Shown here: piece by piece, positions 1 to 9,324 of the stretch
How the letters are laid out: each line of letters opens with the position of its first letter
Position numbering within the stretch: position 1 is the first letter of the stretch
Origin: Chloroflexota bacterium
Lineage (GTDB): Bacteria; Chloroflexota; Dehalococcoidia; SHYD01
NCBI GenBank assembly: GCA_964200875.1
Contig: CAXNDA010000001.1
Coordinates: forward strand, 1 to 35,267
Length of the DNA: 35,267 nucleotides
Direction: 5' to 3'
Program-made: the position numbers and the translations under genes
The notes under the pieces: model-generated
Told to the model about the DNA's origin: nothing
Database searches by the model: none
What the model saw: only the letters and a program-made list of their open reading frames with translations

Positions 1-1116
1 TTCGTAGGCGGCAACCAGTTGCTTTGCGGCAGCTTCCCAGGGGAAGCGCCGCGCCCGTTCGAATCCCCGTTGCTGTTGCTGCCGGCGCAGGTCCCGATCC
101 GTCAGCAGCAGGGCCATGGCGCCCGCCAGCCCCTCGGCGTCGGCAGGCGCTGCGTACAGTGCGGCTTCACCCAGCACTTCGGGCAAGCAGGATGCGTCGC
201 TGGCCACCACCGGCGCCCCGCAGGCGAGCGCCTCCAGTGGGGGCAATCCAAACCCTTCGTAGAAGCTGGGGAAAACGAAGCATGCGGCGCCGGTGAGCAG
301 TGGCGGCAGGTCGGCGTCGGGGACGCTGCCCAGAAACCTCACGCGGCCGGCCAGCTTCAGCTCCTCCACCGCATCGTAGATGGGCTGGTAGAGCCAGCCG
401 GGCGAACCGGCGATGGCCAGGTTCAATCCGGCCGCCTGTCCACGGTCGATCATGATGCGAAAGGCGCGTAGGAGCCCGGCCACGTTCTTGCGCGGCTCGA
501 TGCGCCCAAGCGTGAACAGGTAGCGGCCCGCTTCAAGGTGATACCGCGCACACGCGGCGGCCACGACTTCCTCGGGCGATGGCGTGAAGCCCGCGCTCAC
601 CCCTCCGTAGACCACGCGCACTCGGTTGGGCTGCACGTTGAGCAGGTTCACGACGTCACTGCGGGTGTGCTCCGAATCCGCCAGCACCACCGCAGCGCCG
701 GCCACCGCGTGCGGCACTGCCTTCTCCAGGAAGCGGCGCAATGCCGGAAATGCGTGTTCGGGATGCCGTAGAAAGCTCAAGTCATGCACCGTCACTGCGG
801 CCGGAGCGCGGTGCGGCGGCAGCGTGTAGTCCGTCGCATGGTAGAGATCCAGCGGGCCGGTCCAAGTGTCGACCGCAAGCGGGAGGTGCAAGCGATGCCA
901 CAGGATACCCATCAGGCGCGACGGCAGTGGTAGGCGTGCGGTGCTCACCGAGGGCGCGCCCACCAGGTCCGCCGGGAACTGAGCGCCGCGCGGGCCGAGC
1001 AACACGTACTGGTGGCTCGCTTCGGTCCGCACCAGCGCAGCAACGAGTTCCCGGGTGAGCCGCCCAATGCCGGCCTGCTCCTCGATCGCTGCGGTGACGT
1101 CGATGCCGATACGCAT
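1..1116 (-). CDS. Glycosyltransferase family 4 (GT-B, Glycos_transf_1); the 3' end runs off the left edge of the window
   Basis: Absent from the ORF track because no stop lies inside the window. Manual reverse-strand translation from ATG at 1116 gives MRIGIDVTAAIEEQAGIGRLTREL...TVHDLSFLRHPE...GRIEPRKNVAGLLRAF...FVFPSFYEGFGLPPLEALACGAPVVASD. It stays open in frame to base 1 (372 codons). These are typical GT4 blocks. There is a 1-nt gap to the stop of the upstream gene at 1118. Confidence 0.85.
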   Translation of the reverse strand, partial: MRIGIDVTAAIEEQAGIGRLTRELVAALVRTEASHQYVLLGPRGAQFPADLVGAPSVSTARLPLPSRLMGILWHRLHLPLAVDTWTGPLDLYHATDYTLPPHRAPAAVTVHDLSFLRHPEHAFPALRRFLEKAVPHAVAGAAVVLADSEHTRSDVVNLLNVQPNRVRVVYGGVSAGFTPSPEEVVAAACARYHLEAGRYLFTLGRIEPRKNVAGLLRAFRIMIDRGQAAGLNLAIAGSPGWLYQPIYDAVEELKLAGRVRFLGSVPDADLPPLLTGAACFVFPSFYEGFGLPPLEALACGAPVVASDASCLPEVLGEAALYAAPADAEGLAGAMALLLTDRDLRRQQQQRGFERARRFPWEAAAKQLVAAYE

Positions 1117-1117
1117 A

Positions 1118-2134
1118 TTAGATCTTGCGGCGGAAGAGAAACAGCACGGAGCCGAATGCCACAATGCTCCAGTAGCTGATGCTGCGATCGAGCAACGCTG
1201 CGGCCACAGCCTCTTCTTTGGTGACTCCCGCCAGCATCAGCAGGCCGATCATCCCGGCTTCGACCAAGCCAAGACCGCCAGGCGTGAAGGGAACCACCGT
1301 GAGCAGTGCGTTGGCCAGCGAAAGGAAGACGGCGTGGGGAAAGCTGAGCCCCAGCCCCAGTGCCTGAATCACCAGGAACATCCGAGCCGCTTCGGTACAC
1401 CACACGGCAACGGTCACCGCTGCGCCAGAAGGAGCCTTTCGGAAGCTCCCAAGAATACCGTCCTGGAAACGGAGATAGGCTAACTGGATTCGCTTGGGAA
1501 GAAGTCGATGGACCCGTTCCCGCAGGAACCACATGGCCGCCAAGCCCACCACGCAAAGCCCCACCAGCGTGCCGGCGATAAGCAACATCTTGTCGGCCAC
1601 GTCTGCCTGTGGCCCTTCCAACCTGCCGATGAAGAGCAGCGAGGACACCAGGAGTGAGGCGAGCACCACCGTGTCGAAGGCGCGCTCCGCAACCACCGTG
1701 CCCATGGCAGCAGAGAAGCTGGCGCCGGTGCGCTGCTTAATCTCGTAGCCTCGGTAGGCGTCACCCAGCTTCGCGGGAATCAGGCAATTGGCGAACCAGC
1801 TCAGGTAGATGATGCCCGCCAAGGATCGCAACGTCGGCAGGGGCCGGTCTCGGGCGACATCAGCACTCTTCAGCAGTATCTGCCAGCGCAGCGCCCGGAG
1901 CGGGAAGGTGGTGTAGTAAGCAAGGAATGCAGCAGCGTACAGCCAGGGATCAGCTCCCCGGACCGTGTTCCAGATGGCCTCCGGGTCAAGCTCGAGCCGC
2001 GAGACGAAGAACACGATGATGCCAAAAGCCACCACGAATCCGAGGGCGGAGCGGAGCCGTAACCGGCCACTGAGCTCAAGCGGAGCGTCGTTGTTCTCGG
2101 ATTCTGGTGGGGACACGGGTGTCGTTTGGGACAT
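1118..2134 (-). CDS. Flippase-like integral membrane protein, UPF0104 / LPG_synthase_TM (MprF flippase-domain-like) family
   Basis: The ORF track gives 1118..2179. I prefer the ATG at 2134 (MSQTTPVSPPESEN...), because the longer form would run across the upstream gene's stop at 2140. It is a multi-TM protein with the blocks PLRALRWQILLKS and GDAYRGYEIKQRTGASFSAAMGTVVAERAFD, as I remember them for this family. Confidence 0.7.
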   Translation of the reverse strand: MSQTTPVSPPESENNDAPLELSGRLRLRSALGFVVAFGIIVFFVSRLELDPEAIWNTVRGADPWLYAAAFLAYYTTFPLRALRWQILLKSADVARDRPLPTLRSLAGIIYLSWFANCLIPAKLGDAYRGYEIKQRTGASFSAAMGTVVAERAFDTVVLASLLVSSLLFIGRLEGPQADVADKMLLIAGTLVGLCVVGLAAMWFLRERVHRLLPKRIQLAYLRFQDGILGSFRKAPSGAAVTVAVWCTEAARMFLVIQALGLGLSFPHAVFLSLANALLTVVPFTPGGLGLVEAGMIGLLMLAGVTKEEAVAAALLDRSISYWSIVAFGSVLFLFRRKI

Positions 2135-2139
2135 GCTTC

Positions 2140-3600
2140 CTAATGGGCAGGAGTCTCGGCAAGGTTCTCGGAACCCCATGCGCGCCCGGCCCCAAGCGCC
2201 AGGCCAAACAGCAGGCCGAGTTGTGCGCCGATGCCATGCACATACAGGTTATCAAACAAGTGGTGCACGGCGAGGACAGCGACCAATCCGACTGCTGCCA
2301 GCGTAAGGCCTGCCGGCAACGCTGACTCAGGGTGGGACTGCGTGGCGGCTCGGATGGCGCTTCGCGCTGCGTTTACTGTGCCGCCGAGGAGTGTGGCGAG
2401 CAGCGTCAGGTAGCTCAGCAGGCCCACCAACCCCATCTCGGCCAAGAGATTCAGGTAGAGGTTATGGGCGTGGCCCGGCGCTTGCGGCCAGTTGGGCAGC
2501 GCATAGGCAGGGTACGCCCGGTCGAAGTTGCCGGCGCCCACGCCAAGCAGCGGATTGTCGGCGAACATCCCCTGGGCCGCCTCCCAGATGGCCATGCGCT
2601 GCACAACGGCGAAGTTCGCGCCGGTGAGGTGCACTTCGCGGGGGTCTAACAGCGTGAGGCTGTCGAAGATGGTCGCAACCCGGGTGGCGAGGAACTCAGG
2701 AAGAATGCCGAAACCACCTAGTAACCAGACGGCACTCGCGCCAATCACCAGCAGCGGAGCTGCGAGCAACGTGCGGGGCCGATACGTGAAGGCCATGACC
2801 GCAACGCCCGCCAGCAGTGCCAGCAGGGCGCCCCGTGACAGCGATGCCAGGACCCCCAGGGTCATGACCCCGCCGGCTGTGAGCGCGATGAGAGGCAACG
2901 GTTGGACGAGGCCACGGAGGCCGTTGCGGCTGTGCGCGAACAGCAGCCCGGTCGCCAGCATGACGCCGGTGGTCAGGTAGGCTGCGAAGGGATTCGGTTG
3001 GCCGAAGCTGCCAAAGGAACGCAGATAGCCGCCGCCCAGCAGAAAACCGAGCGGACCGGCTCCGGAGATTGCCTGGTTCAAGCCACGCAATGCTTCCAGC
3101 GAACCGGCAGCGAGAATGGCAACGGTGACCACCACGGCCGCCCGGGGCTCGCGCGCCAGCGACATGCCAAGCGCCAAGGCTACGGCGAATGAAAGCCACT
3201 TGGCCAGCTCCTTGACGGTGAGGTCCAAGGCCACAGCGTCGGGCATGGAGGCGATGACTGCGAGGCAGACCAGGGCGAGCGCCCCCCAGACTGGATGCCA
3301 GAACACACCGAAGTCATGGCGGACGCAGGAGCGGGCCCACCAAATGGCAGCCGAGGCTGCTAACGCGACCTCCACCCCGCCGAGCGCCAGCCCACCCACC
3401 GGAACGCGGAAGTTGTCGCCAAACGGCACCGCGAAGGCGAGCGCAGCAGTGCTGGCGGCCGGCATGAGGGCGAGGAACACCGCCGCAACGGTGACTGCTG
3501 CGATACCTGCGGCATAGGTGACCGGTAGCGTTGCAATGGCGGCAGCGAGGGGTACGCCGGCCACCATCGCTGAAACCGCCGGGCGGGTGAGTCGGATCAA
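2140..3600 (-). CDS. O-antigen ligase-like / Wzy_C family polytopic membrane protein (copy 1)
   Basis: 486-aa ORF with many hydrophobic segments. Family blocks: FGQPNPFAAYL, SLSRGALLALLAGVAVMAF, QRMAIWEAAQGMFADNPLLGVGAGNF, GHAHNLYLNLLAEMGLVGL. The TTG start at 3600 overlaps the stop of the UXS gene (TTGA). Confidence 0.8.
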   Translation of the reverse strand: MIRLTRPAVSAMVAGVPLAAAIATLPVTYAAGIAAVTVAAVFLALMPAASTAALAFAVPFGDNFRVPVGGLALGGVEVALAASAAIWWARSCVRHDFGVFWHPVWGALALVCLAVIASMPDAVALDLTVKELAKWLSFAVALALGMSLAREPRAAVVVTVAILAAGSLEALRGLNQAISGAGPLGFLLGGGYLRSFGSFGQPNPFAAYLTTGVMLATGLLFAHSRNGLRGLVQPLPLIALTAGGVMTLGVLASLSRGALLALLAGVAVMAFTYRPRTLLAAPLLVIGASAVWLLGGFGILPEFLATRVATIFDSLTLLDPREVHLTGANFAVVQRMAIWEAAQGMFADNPLLGVGAGNFDRAYPAYALPNWPQAPGHAHNLYLNLLAEMGLVGLLSYLTLLATLLGGTVNAARSAIRAATQSHPESALPAGLTLAAVGLVAVLAVHHLFDNLYVHGIGAQLGLLFGLALGAGRAWGSENLAETPAH

Positions 3601-4556
3601 CGCTCCGCGGCTGGGGCCTTCAGTCCCAACGCTTCACTCAGCCAAGCTGCGGTACGCGCCAAGCCATCATCCAAGGGTATCGCCGGTTCCCAACCCAGCA
3701 GCCGCTTCGCCTTGCTGATATCCGGCCGCCGTTGTGCAATCTCCTCAGGCCGCGCCGCCACCTGCCGTACCTCGGAGCGAGAACCGGTGACCCGGACCAC
3801 CAGGTTGGCCAATTCCAGCACTGTGAACTCAGCGGGATTCCCCAGGTTGATCACCTCGCCCTGAGTGCCTTCGGTGAACAGCGCCCGCTGCAACCCCTCC
3901 ACCAGGTCGGCCACATAACAGAAGCTCCGGGTCTGGCTGCCGTCGCCATACACCGTCAACGGTTGGCCGCGCAACGCTTGCGTCATGAAGTTCGGTACCA
4001 CCCGGCCGTCTTCCGGCGCATTGCGCGGGCCATAGGTGTTGAAGATGCGGACAATGCGAGCGTCGAGGCCGTGCACCTGACTGTAGTTGTACGTCAACGC
4101 CTCGGCATAGCGCTTCCCCTCGTCGTAGCACGAGCGCGGGCCCACTGGGTTCACGTTGCCCCAATAGGTCTCCGACTGCGGGTGTTCCTTCGGATCGCCG
4201 TACACCTCGGAGGTCGAAGTGACGAGGAACCGGGCGTTGTGACGTTGGGCGAGCTGCAGCGCATGCAGCGTTCCCTGCGAATTGGTGAGCATGGTCTCGA
4301 TCGGGTACCGGCCGTAGCCCTCGGGGCTGGCAGGGCTCGCCATGTGGAAAAGCGCGTCGCAGGGAAGGTCCGGCAACGGGTCGCACACGTCATGGAATCG
4401 GTATTCGAAGCCGGGCTGTTGTTCCAGATGCGCAATGTTGACGCGGCGGCCGGTAAGCAGGTTATCGAGCACCACAACGCTATGGCCGGCGGCGAGTAAT
4501 GCCTCCGCAAGGTGCGAGCCGACAAAGCCGGCTCCACCGGTGATCACGATGTTCAT
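3597..4556 (-). CDS. uxs: UDP-glucuronate decarboxylase (UDP-xylose synthase), extended SDR
   Basis: 319 aa. Motifs: MNIVITGGAGFVGSHL Rossmann motif, TSTSEVYGDPKEHPQSETYWGNVNPVGPRSCYDEGKRYAE (the YxxxK context typical of UXS) and RIFNTYGPR. It has 4-nt overlaps with both neighbouring genes. Confidence 0.88.
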   Translation of the reverse strand: MNIVITGGAGFVGSHLAEALLAAGHSVVVLDNLLTGRRVNIAHLEQQPGFEYRFHDVCDPLPDLPCDALFHMASPASPEGYGRYPIETMLTNSQGTLHALQLAQRHNARFLVTSTSEVYGDPKEHPQSETYWGNVNPVGPRSCYDEGKRYAEALTYNYSQVHGLDARIVRIFNTYGPRNAPEDGRVVPNFMTQALRGQPLTVYGDGSQTRSFCYVADLVEGLQRALFTEGTQGEVINLGNPAEFTVLELANLVVRVTGSRSEVRQVAARPEEIAQRRPDISKAKRLLGWEPAIPLDDGLARTAAWLSEALGLKAPAAER

Positions 4557-5944
4557 GCAGTGGTCCGGTAAGGGCGGAGTGACTGTTCGGCCACCGCGGC
4601 CAGGGCGACGGTGAGCCAGAACAGGAAGGCGAGGTCAATCAGGAAGTAGCTATTGTCGATGAGGCCGTGCACCAAGAAGTCCACCATGCTGGCAGCCAGT
4701 GCCAGCCCCGCCCACTTGGCCCATACGTCCTGCTGGGCGACCAAACGGCGGACGTGACCCCAGAACTGGCACTGAACCAAGAGCAGGGCCGCCAGCCCTA
4801 GTATGCCCATGCGTAACCAGAAGTCAAGAAACAGGTTGTGGGGGTGCGAGATTTCGGGCTCCAGTTTGGCCTCCGCCAGGATGTACCGGGGGTACTGATA
4901 CAGAAAGTTGTCGAGCCCTACGCCGAACAACGGGTGGTCCAGGGCCATCGCCCAAGCTGCCTGCCACACATACACCCTTTGCAGCAAAGGCAGCAGCTGC
5001 CCCATGCGTTCGCCGGCCACTGCCGGTAACACCACTACGGCGACCAGCATCACGGTGGCGGCACCCAACGCCAACCGCCAACGCCAGCCTGCCAGCAGAA
5101 GGAGCCCCGCTGCGGCGATGCCGATAAGCGCACCCCGCGAGTAGGTGAAGTAGAGCACCACCGTCATCAACGCGAGAGCAACCGCTGGAGTTACGCCCAG
5201 GGCGCGGGAACGCCTGACCAGGCCTGCAAACAGCACCAGTGCCAGCGCCACGGGCATGAGGCGTCCCAGCGCCAGGGCCAGGTGGTTGGGGGAGTGGTAG
5301 ATGGCCAGAATCCGTTTGACGCCACCGGTGTTCTCCACCACCCCTATGACCCAGTAGTGGTACAGGCTGAACAGCGCCATGCCAATGCCCAGCCCGGCGA
5401 GGGCCATGAGCGCGCGCCAGACGTCGGCCATGCTGCGCCACGTTGTGGTTGCCAGTAGATAGAACAGCGCCGGTTCAGCGACCACTGTGCGGAGTTCTCG
5501 GAGCGCCTCTTTCATCTGGCCGGTGAAGGGCAACGTGGCCAGGGCCGCCAGCAGAAACGCCGCGGGAGGAAGCAATGCGGTGCGCCACGAGACTTCCTGT
5601 GCCGGTACGCCAGGCGGGCGCCTCAGCAGCCGGGCACTCCATGCGGCGGCGCACAGCAGCACGGTGAATTCGACCAGACTGACCTCGAAGGGGTCGGCTC
5701 GGCCCAGCGCCGTAAGGTCGAAGACCTTGGGGGCCCGATAGGCTGGGGCGGTCAGCGGCACCAACAGCAGGGCGATATCGAGGCGCCACCAGGCCGCCAC
5801 GCCAAAGGCCACGGTGAGCGGTACGGCCAGCCACCACGGCGCGAAGTAGTAGGCCGCCAACAATCCCACGAGCAGGGCGCCCGCCAAAAGGTCGCCGCTG
5901 GTCTGGCGGGTGAGCGTCGCGTCGGTGCTCATCACGCTGGTCAT
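4553..5944 (-). CDS. O-antigen ligase-like / Wzy_C family polytopic membrane protein (copy 2)
   Basis: 463 aa. Family blocks: YHSPNHLALALG, FTYSRGALIGIAAAGLLLL, RVYVWQAAWAMALDHPLFGVGLDNF, SHPHNLFLDFWLRMGILGLAALLL. ATGA overlap with the GT-C gene's stop. Confidence 0.8.
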   Translation of the reverse strand: MTSVMSTDATLTRQTSGDLLAGALLVGLLAAYYFAPWWLAVPLTVAFGVAAWWRLDIALLLVPLTAPAYRAPKVFDLTALGRADPFEVSLVEFTVLLCAAAWSARLLRRPPGVPAQEVSWRTALLPPAAFLLAALATLPFTGQMKEALRELRTVVAEPALFYLLATTTWRSMADVWRALMALAGLGIGMALFSLYHYWVIGVVENTGGVKRILAIYHSPNHLALALGRLMPVALALVLFAGLVRRSRALGVTPAVALALMTVVLYFTYSRGALIGIAAAGLLLLAGWRWRLALGAATVMLVAVVVLPAVAGERMGQLLPLLQRVYVWQAAWAMALDHPLFGVGLDNFLYQYPRYILAEAKLEPEISHPHNLFLDFWLRMGILGLAALLLVQCQFWGHVRRLVAQQDVWAKWAGLALAASMVDFLVHGLIDNSYFLIDLAFLFWLTVALAAVAEQSLRPYRTTA

Positions 5945-7569
5945 TCTACGGAGTACACCATGAACACCGGTGTCCCGCTGCGCTCGTAGAAGGTCTGCTC
6001 CAACTTGGTGCGCTTTCCGGCTTGGGCCGCCGCTTGCTCAAAGGCTGCCATTCTGGGAAACGCAGTGTAGTCTTCGCCGTGGAACAGGTAGCGCTGCTCG
6101 GCGGTAGCCAAGGGTAACCGCGCCGCGAAGCCGGGGTCGGGTTCGGCCGTGTAGCCGAAGACCTCGAGCGGGCGGACGCGCCCAGCCGTCACCAATTGCA
6201 CCGTGTAGCGGATGCCCCAATCCATAGCGAGCGGCGCCGGCACCCCGTTTTCGTCAAGGTAGGAGGCCAGCTTGTACACCGCATCGGAATGACCGCGATG
6301 CCCGCCGGTGCGTACCAGAGCCTCGTGATACTGTGCGTCTACCGTCAAGTTTCCCGCTGCCAGGATGGCGATGGTGAGGGGCGCGGCAATGTGCCCCAGC
6401 CGACGGAGAGCGCCGCTCTGCGCCCGGACCGCCGCAGCCAGTGCGACCACAGGAATTGCGCACAAGAGCGGCAGCAGGATGAACAGATGGGTGGGCCAAA
6501 TACCGGAGATGGTGACCGGGCTTTGGACCACCACCAAGAACGTGAAGCCCAGCAGCAGAGCAATCGCGCCACGCAGCGGCGGCCAGCGTACGGCAAGAGC
6601 GCAAGCTGTGGCTGCGCCCACCAGCACCGCGGGCGGGAACAGGTGGTTGCCGTATAGGCCGCCCAGGAACCAGAAGTGCCCGCCGTGCAGCAGAGCCCAA
6701 AGCGTATCGAGCCTCGCCAGCAGGTTTGCTGGATAGTCGGCGTTGTGGACGCCGTAGGTGGTGACTTCTGCGCTCTTGGCCACCGCATCCAGCGTGGCGC
6801 CCGTCTGCAGGTTGTAGATCAACAGCGGCGCCGCCCCGCCCACGAATGCCACGGCGACGGCGACGGCCGGCTTCAGCGCACGCCTCAGGCGGGCAACCGC
6901 GCCCCCAGGATTGCGCCAGGTCCGCCAGAGCGTTGGCCCCTGCCACGCTAATCCTATAAATCCGAGCGCCAGGATGGCCCAGAGGAAGAGGATCTTGGTG
7001 CTTAAGCCCAGGCCCAGCAGCAGGCCGGCGCCGGCCAGCCACCATACGCTGCCGGTGCGGCGCCAAGCCAGCAGCAACAGCAACGCCCCCATCAGCCAAA
7101 GCGCCATTAGCGAGCTGACATGAACCCCCTGGCGGGCGTAAAAGACCCAGGACGGGTGGGTGGCGAGCAGCAAGGCCGCACCCGCGCCCGCCATTCGGCT
7201 CGAAAACAGGTGGCGAACCCAGACGGCGGTGAGGGCCACGGTCAGCGCTCCGCCTGCGATGGTCATGAGCCGCAGCGCGCCGACGCTGGGGCCGAGCACG
7301 CTGAAGAACGCCAGCGAGGCGTAGGTATGCACAGCGCCCACATAGTCGAATGCCATGAGCGGCCACGTGCGGCCAAAGAGTGCGATTCCGTGGGGCCGGA
7401 CGAGTTCCGGCTGTCGTCCTTGCAGCAGATCGAGCGCTGGGATCGCGTCCGCAGCCTCATCGTAGTACAGCCCCGGCAGCGTCAGGTGGTAGGCCGCCAG
7501 GGCGATGAAGACGAATGCCGGGACTGCGACCAGGGCGGTCTCCAACGCCCATGAACGGCGGAGGTTCAC
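5941..7569 (-). CDS. GT-C fold glycosyltransferase, ArnT/PMT-like (family 39/83 type), with a C-terminal soluble domain
   Basis: 542 aa with a GTG start. The first loop after TM1 reads LPGLYYDEAADAIPALDL (the acidic DE motif of GT-C enzymes). About 11 or more hydrophobic segments follow, including GLGLSTKILFLW. The last ~150 aa are non-hydrophobic. Confidence 0.7.
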   Translation of the reverse strand: MNLRRSWALETALVAVPAFVFIALAAYHLTLPGLYYDEAADAIPALDLLQGRQPELVRPHGIALFGRTWPLMAFDYVGAVHTYASLAFFSVLGPSVGALRLMTIAGGALTVALTAVWVRHLFSSRMAGAGAALLLATHPSWVFYARQGVHVSSLMALWLMGALLLLLAWRRTGSVWWLAGAGLLLGLGLSTKILFLWAILALGFIGLAWQGPTLWRTWRNPGGAVARLRRALKPAVAVAVAFVGGAAPLLIYNLQTGATLDAVAKSAEVTTYGVHNADYPANLLARLDTLWALLHGGHFWFLGGLYGNHLFPPAVLVGAATACALAVRWPPLRGAIALLLGFTFLVVVQSPVTISGIWPTHLFILLPLLCAIPVVALAAAVRAQSGALRRLGHIAAPLTIAILAAGNLTVDAQYHEALVRTGGHRGHSDAVYKLASYLDENGVPAPLAMDWGIRYTVQLVTAGRVRPLEVFGYTAEPDPGFAARLPLATAEQRYLFHGEDYTAFPRMAAFEQAAAQAGKRTKLEQTFYERSGTPVFMVYSVE

Positions 7570-7605
7570 CTGCGATGTGCTTTACGCTGCCTATCGCCCA
7601 CCGGA

Positions 7606-9219
7606 CTAGCGCTTACCTGAGTTCTGCATGAACGAAGCAGCCACGAGGAGGCCTCCCACCAGAGCTAGGCCGGCGAACATGAAGAACGGCCCGAAGTCCG
7701 GCTTCATCTCCACCGCAACGCGGTCGAAGCCCCAAGCCGGCCCAGAAACGCGCTCGAGTGCGATGGTGTGCTCGCCCGGACGCAGGCCCTTGACCAACGG
7801 CACCAAAACGAACTCACCGCCACCAGCCGGGATGTCGACCGCGCTCTGCGAACCGTCAACTTTGGCCAGCAGACGGACCGGTTCGGCTGGTGGCGGCATG
7901 ATCAGGCCGATGCCGGTTCCGCTGAACCTAATGCTGAGGGTCGCGGTGTCTCCGGTGGTTTGCAGCAGCCGTCCCCCCGAGGCGCCGGGTTTGTTCGTCA
8001 GTTGCCAAGGGCCCCGTGCGTCGACCGGCGTGGCCAGTTCTTCGTACTCGCCGGGCGTGGCAACGGCCAACCGATCGTGCGCCGCCTTGACGCGGTCGTA
8101 GACCGGGCGTGGCGTGAAGTCGGTATCCACCATGCGGAAGAAGTAGTCGGACCGTTCGATGGGGAAGTCACCAACTTGCCGGAAGTACCAGATGTTGAGC
8201 GTGCCCACCCAGCCCCACTTGCGGGTAAGGGCTATCGCGTCGGCCGTGTACTGTGCCTGCTGCTCTTCCGATACCCGCCGCCAGATGAGCTTCTCCGGCG
8301 ACATGCTCTCGGGCGAGGCGTTCCAGCCGAACTCGTTGAACCAGATGGGTTTGTCCTTGTCTCCATTCCGCTCCATAACCTCGCGCAGCAGTTGCAGGCG
8401 GCCGAAATTCAGGGCGTTCGCGTTGGGCGTCGCGTCGGGCGGCAGGTCAAACCCGTAGGCGTTTGCCGAAAGGGCGTCGAAGTAACGGCCTGCCCCGGCC
8501 TTGTACAGAGCGTCTAAATACTTCAGCTCATTGAGGTTGAACGCCGATTCTTCCAGCGTTTGAGCGAGCGGAGCGCTGAGTACCACCACATTGGGATCGG
8601 CCGCCTTCGCCTGCTCATAGGCAATCTGCAGCAGGCGGGCGTAGCCGGGCGCATCGGGGCGGCCGGTCCACTCCACTGCCAGATTCGGCTCGTTCCAGAT
8701 CTGCAAGAACTGCACCCTGCCTTTGTAGCGGTCGACTAGCGCTCGCACGAAGTCGCCGTAGTCCTCGAAGCGGGTGGGTGGCGCAGTCTCTGGGCTGCCC
8801 TCGGGGCGGGCCCACACGGGTGGGCGATCCAAGCGCGCGATGATGCGTATGCCATGCTGCTGCGCGAGGTCCACGATCTGGTCGTACTTCTCCCAAGTGC
8901 TCTTGCGGAACTTGTCGTCGAAGAAGTAATTCTTGCGAGGCTCGATCTCCTCCCAGGCGAAGATCTGCTTCATCCAGCCGATGCCGGCCTCTTTGGCCAT
9001 GCGGACCGTCTGCTCCTTCTTCCACGGCTCGACTTCGCGGTCGAGGAAGAAATTTGCGCCGACGGGGTTCACGTCAGTCAGCGGGATCGGTGGGATGCTG
9101 CGGAGTTCGGGGGGCGCCGCTGCGGTGATGGGGTTAGGCGCCCAGGCCAAGCCAATAAGGCCGACAAGGAGCAGCAGGATGGCGATGACGCGGACTGGAG
9201 GAAGGCGCAGGAGGGTCAA
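7606..9219 (-). CDS. Membrane-anchored clan GH-A (GH5/GH39-like) glycoside hydrolase, paralog A
   Basis: 537 aa, with a TTG start and GGAG 6 nt upstream. N-terminal signal/anchor VRVIAILLLLVGLIGLAWA. Candidate acid/base Glu in FLQIWNEPN and candidate nucleophile in IWFNEFGW. A beta-rich C-terminal region ends in a TM segment, FFMFAGLALVGGLLVAASF. Alignable by eye with the ORF at 13193..14899. Confidence 0.65.
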   Translation of the reverse strand: MTLLRLPPVRVIAILLLLVGLIGLAWAPNPITAAAPPELRSIPPIPLTDVNPVGANFFLDREVEPWKKEQTVRMAKEAGIGWMKQIFAWEEIEPRKNYFFDDKFRKSTWEKYDQIVDLAQQHGIRIIARLDRPPVWARPEGSPETAPPTRFEDYGDFVRALVDRYKGRVQFLQIWNEPNLAVEWTGRPDAPGYARLLQIAYEQAKAADPNVVVLSAPLAQTLEESAFNLNELKYLDALYKAGAGRYFDALSANAYGFDLPPDATPNANALNFGRLQLLREVMERNGDKDKPIWFNEFGWNASPESMSPEKLIWRRVSEEQQAQYTADAIALTRKWGWVGTLNIWYFRQVGDFPIERSDYFFRMVDTDFTPRPVYDRVKAAHDRLAVATPGEYEELATPVDARGPWQLTNKPGASGGRLLQTTGDTATLSIRFSGTGIGLIMPPPAEPVRLLAKVDGSQSAVDIPAGGGEFVLVPLVKGLRPGEHTIALERVSGPAWGFDRVAVEMKPDFGPFFMFAGLALVGGLLVAASFMQNSGKR

Positions 9220-9274
9220 ACACGACTCCGAGGTGGGTTGGAGGGTTCGGCCTTGAAGGCCATGCTAGCCGTGA

Positions 9275-9280
9275 AGTATA
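9275..9280 (-). promoter_or_regulatory. Possible -10 box (TATACT on the minus strand) for the 9219..1 operon
   Basis: Locally AT-richer spacer between the rsmG stop (9325) and the GH start (9219). The plus strand reads agtata at 9275-9280. The only -35 candidates (GTGAAA/TGAAAT) are weak. Confidence 0.25.
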
Positions 9281-9324
9281 CCAGAGCTACGAGCAGTATT
9301 TCACTGCATATGACGAATCGACGA

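Noticed and set aside
2135-2179. A longer start (2179) for the UPF0104 flippase-like gene.
   Set aside because: It would overlap the 3' end of the upstream Wzy_C gene by 40 nt. The ATG at 2134 gives a 5-nt gap, consistent with the tight packing of the rest of the operon. This call is not certain.
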